Shown here: positions 23,882-29,621 of the stretch, in pieces
Layout of the letters: each line of letters opens with the position of its first letter
How positions within the stretch are numbered: position 1 is the first letter of the stretch
Assembly (NCBI GenBank): GCA_033762315.1
Contig: JANRLS010000270.1
Span: forward strand, 6,166-38,165
Length of the DNA stretch: 32,000 nt
Source of the DNA: Pirellulaceae bacterium
Lineage (GTDB): Bacteria; Planctomycetota; Planctomycetia; Pirellulales; Pirellulaceae
Direction: 5' to 3'
Notes under the pieces: generated by a model
What the model saw: the letters and a program-made list of their open reading frames with translations, nothing else
What the model was told of the DNA's origin: nothing
Databases searched by the model: none
Translations under genes and position numbers: made by a program

Positions 23882-24376
23882 CTACGCGTCCCCTTCGAGG
23901 TAGTCGAAGGCGATGGAAACGACCTCCAGATCGTAAGCCCCCTTCGGTGCGGGGATTTTGGCTTTCTGACCGATCTTCTTGCCGAGCAGCCCTTGGCCGA
24001 GCGGGCTGGTGACGAGAATCCGCCCCTGGTCGTAGTCCTCTTCGCCGGCACCGACGAGCGTATAAACCTCTTCGTCGCCGTACTTGGGGTCCTTCACCGT
24101 CACCGTGGCTCCGAAGCAAACCTGATCGCGCGGCAGCGTCGTCGGATCGATAATCTGGGCCTTCGCCAGCTTCGTCCGGTTCATGTTGATCTTGGCTTGC
24201 AACAGCCCCTGCGCTTCGCGCTGGGCGTGATACTCGGCATTCTCCTTGAGATCTCCCTCCGCGCGCGCCGCCGCGATCTTCTCGGCAATGCCGGGCATGA
24301 GCACATTTTCCATGTGGTCGGTTTCGGATTTGATCTTCTCAAAGCCCTTGCGGGTCATCGGATAGTAGTCGTCCAT
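23882..24376 (-). CDS. greA: Transcription elongation factor GreA
   Basis: ORF 23882..24376. The N-terminal coiled coil has [29 protein letters not shown]. The C-terminal domain has [11 protein letters not shown]...EEVYTLVG...[19 protein letters not shown]. Confidence 0.95.
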   Translation of the reverse strand: MDDYYPMTRKGFEKIKSETDHMENVLMPGIAEKIAAARAEGDLKENAEYHAQREAQGLLQAKINMNRTKLAKAQIIDPTTLPRDQVCFGATVTVKDPKYGDEEVYTLVGAGEEDYDQGRILVTSPLGQGLLGKKIGQKAKIPAPKGAYDLEVVSIAFDYLEGDA

Positions 24377-24396
24377 GGCAACTTGCTGGGCAGGCG

Positions 24397-24428
24397 AAAA
24401 AAACGCGACCTCCGGTGGGGAGGCCGCG
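24397..24428 (-). terminator. Canonical rho-independent terminator on the minus strand, 20 nt upstream of the greA start
   Basis: The minus strand reads cgcggcctcc-ccacc-ggaggtcgcg followed by ttttttt. The stem is 10 bp with one A.C mismatch, and the T7 run is at 24403-24397. It is about 200 nt downstream of the M28 peptidase stop and immediately upstream of greA ATG 24376. Confidence 0.75.
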
Positions 24429-24518
24429 TAGGGAATTCAACTTGAACTGGCGTTATTGTGGCCCATCGCGCCGGGGGGCACAAGGGCGATGCTACATCCG
24501 CCGGCGGGATTGCTAGGT

Positions 24519-24552
24519 TGGGTGGCTGGCGTTTTGCGTCAGCAAAACCCAG
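24519..24552. repeat. REP-like hairpin element, family 2 (copy A)
   Basis: tgggtggctggcgttttgcgtcagcaaaacccag, 32/34 identical to the reverse complement of 10914-10947. The stem is gctgg-c-gttttgc / gcaaaac-c-ccagc with loop gtca. Confidence 0.8.
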
Positions 24553-24625
24553 CAAGTGGGCAGCCGGGTTTCGCTATCTCGAAACACCTGCACCCCTCCT
24601 GTCGAGGAACGTCGCAGCCGTCCTG

Positions 24626-26692
24626 CTACATCCGCCGGCGGGTCAGGGTCACTTCGGTCTCGATCGTCTCCTGGCCCCGCTTCAGCACCACCTTCACCTT
24701 ATCCCCCGGCTTGTGCTTGCGCAGGGCGCTTTCAAAGTCTTCGAGCACGGTGATTTTGCTTTCGCCAAACTTGATGAGCACGTCCCCCCCTTTCACCCCC
24801 CCCTTTTCGGCCGCGCTGCCGGGAATGACGGCTTCCAGCATTACCCCGTAATCGACGGGGTTGGGATAGGCGGGCATGGAGCCAAACGACGGGCGGTCGC
24901 CTCCAGCATCGTCGGACATGGCGAGCTGCTCGACCTTTTTCACTTCGATGTAGGTCGGCCGGGTCGAGGAACCATCGGTCGCCTCGACAATCGCCGAGAG
25001 CAAATCGGTCACCCGCCGCATTCCTTCAATATTGAGCTTGGGTGCATCGTCGCTGGGGCGGTGATAATCGGTGTGCGTCCCCGTGAAGAGGTGCAGCACG
25101 GGAATTTTCTTGCCGTAGAACGACGAGTGATCGCTCGGCCCAAAACCGCCGGCATGCTTGGTCAATTTGAAGCCGGCCTTGGCGCACAGGGCATCGACCA
25201 GCGGCTCGAATTCCTTCGCGGTGCCGGTGCCATAAATGGCAAGGTTGTCGTCCTTGAGGCGGCCGACCATGTCGAGATTGAACATGGCGATGGTGCTTTC
25301 CAGCGGAAACCGCGGATTGCGAACGTAATAGGCACTGCCCAAAAGGCCCCGCTCTTCGGCGGTGAAAGCCATGAACACAATCCGGTGCTTGGGCTTCTGG
25401 CCGCTGGTCGCCAGGCGAGTTGCCATTTCCAGCAGCGTGGCGGTGCCCGAGGCATTGTCGTCGGCCCCGTTGTGAATGTCGGTCGTCCACGGTGCCAGAG
25501 AGCCGGCGCCGCCCAGTCCGAGATGGTCGTAGTGCGCGCCGATCACAATCGTTTCGTCGGCGTGCGGGCCCTCCCCTTCCAGTACGCCCACGACGTTTTT
25601 CACTTGCGCCTTTTTCTGGACCAGTTGCGTCTCCCCTTCCGCCCGCCAGCCGGTCAGTTCGGCCGAGCGGGGAACGAGATCGCCGTCGATTTCCTTTTCG
25701 AGCGTGGCCAGGTCCTTGCCCAGCGCCTTTTTGACGAGTTCATCGACCGAGCCCCGCGTCGCGAAAAACACGGGGAGCTTGGGATGCGAGGTTTCGTCCC
25801 CCGCGTCGGTGAAGGCAAGAATGGCGTCGGCCGGCGTGGCCAGGCGGCGGCTGAATTCGGCCACTTGCTCGGCCGATTTTTGAATCTCGGCGGCCAGGGC
25901 GGTTTGCTCGCCGGCTGGGGCGGCTTTGAGCTTGTCGCGCAGGACAACTAGCTTTTCGAGTTCCTCGGCCAGCGAATTGGCCGACTTCTCGCGGCGGCCT
26001 TCCAGTTCCAAGCCGTCGTTGACCAAAATGATCGCCGCCGCCCCGTGCTCGCTGGCGTTGGCCAGCTTCGAGCGGAAAATCGCGTGCTGGCTTGGCTTGT
26101 CGCCGTTGAACACGCTCTTGGCGGCCTTTTGCTGCGGCTCTTTGCGGATGACGATGACCACCTTCCCTTTCACGTCGAGCCCGGCATAGTCGTCGTAGGT
26201 GAATTCCTTGTCCCCTTGCTTCATGTTTTTGGCGGTAATGCCATAGCCGGCAAAGACGAGCGGGGCGTCGAACTGCCCAGTGCCGCCAACGGCCAGCGGC
26301 GTGAACGTGTCGCTGAGCTTGAGTTCGATCTTTTCGGGGGAGGCCCCTTCTTTGGCCGGGCCGATAAGCGTGAGCCGGTTCTTTTCTGGCGGCCCCATTT
26401 CGACGGTGACATTCACCTCGAACTTTTGAAACGGGGTGCCGTCGAACAGGTCGGTTTTCAGGCCGAGCTTGGCGAAGTGATCGGCGATGAAGTCGGCTGC
26501 TTTGTCGATCCCCTTGGTGCCGACGCCCCGTCCTTCGAGTTCGTCGGAAGAGAGGTACGTCACGGTTTCCCGCAAGCGCGCTTCACTGACGGCGGCCGTT
26601 TCCGCCCCCCAGCTAGCGAGCGGCAGCATGAGGCCGACGAGGGCCGAGGCAAAAAGGTGACGGAAGCAGATTGGTTTGGCAGATTTCGTCAT
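24626..26692 (-). CDS. Secreted M28-family aminopeptidase with PA domain and C-terminal PDZ domain
   Basis: ORF 24626..26884; I prefer ATG 26692 (MTKSAKPICFRHLFASALVGLMLPLASWGA, a signal peptide). M28 motifs: HNGADDNASGTATLLE, FTAEERGLLGS, GPSDHSSF. The PDZ-like C-terminus is IPGSAAEKGGVKGGDVLIKFGESKI. Confidence 0.9.
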   Translation of the reverse strand: MTKSAKPICFRHLFASALVGLMLPLASWGAETAAVSEARLRETVTYLSSDELEGRGVGTKGIDKAADFIADHFAKLGLKTDLFDGTPFQKFEVNVTVEMGPPEKNRLTLIGPAKEGASPEKIELKLSDTFTPLAVGGTGQFDAPLVFAGYGITAKNMKQGDKEFTYDDYAGLDVKGKVVIVIRKEPQQKAAKSVFNGDKPSQHAIFRSKLANASEHGAAAIILVNDGLELEGRREKSANSLAEELEKLVVLRDKLKAAPAGEQTALAAEIQKSAEQVAEFSRRLATPADAILAFTDAGDETSHPKLPVFFATRGSVDELVKKALGKDLATLEKEIDGDLVPRSAELTGWRAEGETQLVQKKAQVKNVVGVLEGEGPHADETIVIGAHYDHLGLGGAGSLAPWTTDIHNGADDNASGTATLLEMATRLATSGQKPKHRIVFMAFTAEERGLLGSAYYVRNPRFPLESTIAMFNLDMVGRLKDDNLAIYGTGTAKEFEPLVDALCAKAGFKLTKHAGGFGPSDHSSFYGKKIPVLHLFTGTHTDYHRPSDDAPKLNIEGMRRVTDLLSAIVEATDGSSTRPTYIEVKKVEQLAMSDDAGGDRPSFGSMPAYPNPVDYGVMLEAVIPGSAAEKGGVKGGDVLIKFGESKITVLEDFESALRKHKPGDKVKVVLKRGQETIETEVTLTRRRM

Positions 26693-26852
26693 GGCGAAAG
26701 GGCGTTGAAAAATAGCGGGAAGTGGACGGAAGCGTGGGGCGTGGAGTTGCCTGATTATACGCACGGGGCGGGGGTTCGCGCCTGGTGTTTGTCGCGGATC
26801 GAGTTTAGGGTGAGAAAAAGCCCCGCCCACCTTTGGCAATCCCCCGACCGGC

Positions 26853-26875
26853 GACGAAGCATGGCTTCGTCCTAC
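26853..26875. repeat. REP-like hairpin, family 3 (copy 2)
   Basis: gacgaagc-atg-gcttcgtc plus ctac. The ATG at 26861 sits in the hairpin loop, which argues against it being the plsC start. Confidence 0.8.
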
Positions 26876-26887
26876 GCGAAGCACCCC

Positions 26888-27565
26888 ATGCCCCGTTCCC
26901 TATTCCAGCGCCTGGGCTACAACGCCCTGCGAGTGCTTTGCCGACTGGTGGCGGTGTGGCTGTTTGGCCTGCGCGTGGCGGGTCGCGAGCATTGGCCGGC
27001 CGCGGGGGGCGGGCTGGTCTGCGCGAATCATCAAAGCTATTTCGATCCGCCGCTGGTGGGCCTCACATGCGGCCGCCGGATGAACTATCTGGCGCGGGAC
27101 ACGCTGTTTCGCGTGCCGGTGCTGAGCCAACTGATTCGCTTTCTGGACGCCATTCCGATTGATCGCGACGGCGGCGGCCTGGCGGGCCTCAAAGAGACGC
27201 TCCGCCGCCTCAAGGCGGGCGAGCTCGTGCTGATTTTCCCGGAAGGAACCCGCAGCAGCGACGGCGAGGTTGCCCCGCTAAAACCGGGGTTCATCGCGGT
27301 GGCCCGGCGGAGCAAGGTTCCCCTCATTCCGGTCGGGCTTGACGGCGCGTATCAGGCCTGGCCGCGGACGGCAAAGTGGCCGCGGCTCTCCCGGTTGGGG
27401 GTGGTGGTCGGCCGGCCGATTTTGCCCGAGGAAGTAGCCCAGCTTTCCGACGAAGACCTGCTCGCCGAGCTAGAGCAGCGCCTGCTCGATTGTCACGCCC
27501 AAGCCCGCGAAATGCGAACCAGGCGGATTCGTGGTGATTCCCCGGCGATTATCGGATCGCTATAA
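26888..27565 (+). CDS. plsC: 1-acyl-sn-glycerol-3-phosphate acyltransferase (PlsC family)
   Basis: C-terminal part of ORF 26045..27565. NHQSYFDP is the HX4D motif. Other family motifs are FPEGTRS and PLIPVGLDGA. The start is ATG 26888 (MPRSLFQRLGY) or 26861. Confidence 0.85.
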   Translation: MPRSLFQRLGYNALRVLCRLVAVWLFGLRVAGREHWPAAGGGLVCANHQSYFDPPLVGLTCGRRMNYLARDTLFRVPVLSQLIRFLDAIPIDRDGGGLAGLKETLRRLKAGELVLIFPEGTRSSDGEVAPLKPGFIAVARRSKVPLIPVGLDGAYQAWPRTAKWPRLSRLGVVVGRPILPEEVAQLSDEDLLAELEQRLLDCHAQAREMRTRRIRGDSPAIIGSL

Positions 27566-27592
27566 AAATGACGCGAATCTCCACACCGCAAG

Positions 27593-28318
27593 GTGCCTCG
27601 GGGAAATAATCCTTGTCAATCGCCTTATCATCCAGCCGGCAGCTCGTTTCCGACGGGAAATCCTAAGCCGACGTCGGTCACCGTGTTTGGCGTGCTCAAC
27701 ATCGCCTTTGGCCTGATGGGCCTGTGCGGCGTGGCGTTTTCCTCGGTGATCTTTTTCATCCCAGCCGATGCCGCCGGCCCGAACCCGATACTGCAATTGA
27801 TGGAAGAGTATCCGCTCTATCGGACCTTCATGATGGTCTCGGTGGGGCTGGGACTGATCGCGACGCTCGTGCTGATCGTCGCTGGCATCGGCCTCATGCA
27901 ATTCAAAAACTATGGCCGATTGCTATCGCTGGACAATGCCTTCTACGCCATTGTTTCCGGCTTGGTGGGAACCGTCGTCAACTTCGTATTCGTGGTCATG
28001 CCGCTGATGGAAAAGTTGGGAGACGGTCCGGAAGCGGCTGGAGCGATGGGGGGCATGATCGGGAGAACTATTGGCGGCCTGGTTGGGCTGATCTATCCGG
28101 GGCTGCTGATCTATTTCATTCATGACCCGGCCGCACGTCGTACGGGCTTTGAATTGACTGGCGAAGAACCGGATTCCCTGCTGATGTCGGCCAGCGAATC
28201 AAAATCTGTCAGTTGGCTGGAATGGGCCGTTTTGATTGCGATTGGCATGTTCGCGATAGCGTGCTTCGTCGCCATTTGGCTCTGGCTGGGCGATTTCCCA
28301 ATCGGTCCGCCGGGATAA
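27593..28318 (+). CDS. Hypothetical multi-pass membrane protein
   Basis: ORF 27593..28318 (GTG start). About five hydrophobic helices: VFGVLNIAFGLMGLCGVAFSSVIFFI, FMMVSVGLGLIATLVLIVAGIGL, FYAIVSGLVGTVVNFVFVVM, IGGLVGLIYPGLLIYFI, WAVLIAIGMFAIACFVAIWLWL. Third-position GC is lower than in neighbouring genes. Confidence 0.7.
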   Translation: MPRGNNPCQSPYHPAGSSFPTGNPKPTSVTVFGVLNIAFGLMGLCGVAFSSVIFFIPADAAGPNPILQLMEEYPLYRTFMMVSVGLGLIATLVLIVAGIGLMQFKNYGRLLSLDNAFYAIVSGLVGTVVNFVFVVMPLMEKLGDGPEAAGAMGGMIGRTIGGLVGLIYPGLLIYFIHDPAARRTGFELTGEEPDSLLMSASESKSVSWLEWAVLIAIGMFAIACFVAIWLWLGDFPIGPPG

Positions 28319-28328
28319 AATCGTCGGG

Positions 28329-29126
28329 ATGAGTGCATCGCACAATCGCCGCGCGTGGGACGAAATGGCGGCACGGGGCCAGCGGTTCACCAAGCCGGCT
28401 CCAGACGAGGATTTTGTCAACCCGCTGGCCAAGGTCGATCAACTCGGCTGGCTGGGGGGGGACATTCGCGGCAAGTCGCTGCTTTGCCTGGCGGCGGGGG
28501 GCGGCAAACATGGCCCGCTCTATGCCGCGGCGGGGGCCAGCGTGACGGTGCTCGATCTCAGCCCCGCGATGCTGGAACTCGACCGGCAAGTGGCGGCCGA
28601 GCGCCGCTTACCGCTACGAACCATTGAGGGCTCGATGGAAGACGTCGCCATGCTGGCCGCCGGAGAGTTCGACATCGTCGTTCACCCGGTCAGCACCTGC
28701 TACGTTCCCCGCATCGAACCGGTGTATCGCGAAGTGGCTCGCGTGACGCGGCCGGGCGGCATCTACATCAGCCAGCACAAGTCTCCCCCCAGCTTGCAGG
28801 CGGGCATCGCACCGGCAGCGCGGGGCTATGAGCTGACCGAGCCGTACTATCGATCAGGCCCGCTGCCGCCGGTTGTCGGCAGCCCGCATCGCGAGGAAGG
28901 GACGCTTGAATACCTGCACCGCTGGGAAGAGCTGCTCGGCCTTTTGTGCCGCAGCGGCTTCGTGATCGAAGACCTGGTGGAACCGCTCCACGCCAAGCCG
29001 AACGCCCCGGTCGGCGATTTTGCCCACCGAAGCCGGTATGTCGCGCCGTATGTGCGGATCAAGGCTCGGCGGAGTGGCGGTACCTCGGCCAATGGCGGGA
29101 AGCTATTGTGGACGCCGGCGGAGTAA
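28329..29126 (+). CDS. Class I SAM-dependent methyltransferase
   Basis: ORF 28329..29126. LLCLAAGGGKHGPLYAAAGASVTVLDLSPAML covers motif I and post-I. FDIVVHPVSTCYV and VTRPGGIYIS are also present. Confidence 0.85.
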   Translation: MSASHNRRAWDEMAARGQRFTKPAPDEDFVNPLAKVDQLGWLGGDIRGKSLLCLAAGGGKHGPLYAAAGASVTVLDLSPAMLELDRQVAAERRLPLRTIEGSMEDVAMLAAGEFDIVVHPVSTCYVPRIEPVYREVARVTRPGGIYISQHKSPPSLQAGIAPAARGYELTEPYYRSGPLPPVVGSPHREEGTLEYLHRWEELLGLLCRSGFVIEDLVEPLHAKPNAPVGDFAHRSRYVAPYVRIKARRSGGTSANGGKLLWTPAE

Positions 29127-29168
29127 TCTTCGGCCCTTTGGCCTCCGATAAATAAACATCAAAATTGC

Positions 29169-29197
29169 TTGATAGGTCGCGCTCGCCGTGGCAGAAT
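29169..29197 (+). promoter_or_regulatory. Sigma-70-like promoter candidate upstream of the small zinc-ribbon ORF
   Basis: TTGATA (29169-29174), a 17-nt spacer, then CAGAAT (29192-29197), in a locally AT-richer intergenic stretch. Promoter consensus for this lineage is not established, so this is tentative. Confidence 0.25.
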
Positions 29198-29254
29198 AAT
29201 GGACGTTCTCCTGCTCTTTAGGGTGATTAATTCACCAAGTGCGAGGGCCCTCTT

Positions 29255-29461
29255 ATGGCGACGTCCGCGATTCTCGTGCGCTGTCGGCAGTGCCAACAGG
29301 AGGTGGCACCGATTCAAACGGCGACCTGGTGGTTCTGCCCGAACTGCGGCGAGCGGCTGGTGCCGACGGCTGGAGGCGGCGGGCAGGCAAGCTCCTCAAG
29401 CGTGAAAAAACCGCCCGACGGCAAGGAGAGCGGGCCGGGCGATGTTCAAAAGGGCAAATAG
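29255..29461 (+). CDS. Small zinc-ribbon protein (68 aa), hypothetical
   Basis: ORF 29255..29461. Two CxxC pairs (CRQC...CPNC) with the spacing typical of a zinc ribbon. Third-position GC is high. The C-terminal tail is Gly/Ser/Lys-rich. Confidence 0.55.
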   Translation: MATSAILVRCRQCQQEVAPIQTATWWFCPNCGERLVPTAGGGGQASSSSVKKPPDGKESGPGDVQKGK

Positions 29462-29496
29462 TCGATTCCCGTGACTGGTACGCAAGCAACTCGTGA

Positions 29497-29555
29497 GACG
29501 AAGCCTTGCTTTCTCGAAGAGCACTCGGCCGACGCGAAGCATGTCTTCGCCCTGC
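29497..29555. repeat. Two degenerate REP family 3-like hairpins in the acylase leader
   Basis: gacgaagc-ctt-gctttctc (29497-29515) and gacgcgaagcatgtcttcgccctgc (29531-29555) resemble gacgaagcatggcttcgtcctac but carry mismatches. Confidence 0.4.
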
Positions 29556-29621
29556 AAATCCCTGGGGCATAGCGCGGTCCACTCCCTTACAATGCGGGGC
29601 CTCACACGAAAGGCACCGCCG

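Noticed and set aside
24458-25951. 497-aa plus-strand ORF overlapping the M28 peptidase gene
   Set aside because: It is an antisense artefact. Its N-terminus is read through REP elements (the WRFASAKPS peptide), and the minus frame has the M28, PA and PDZ motifs.
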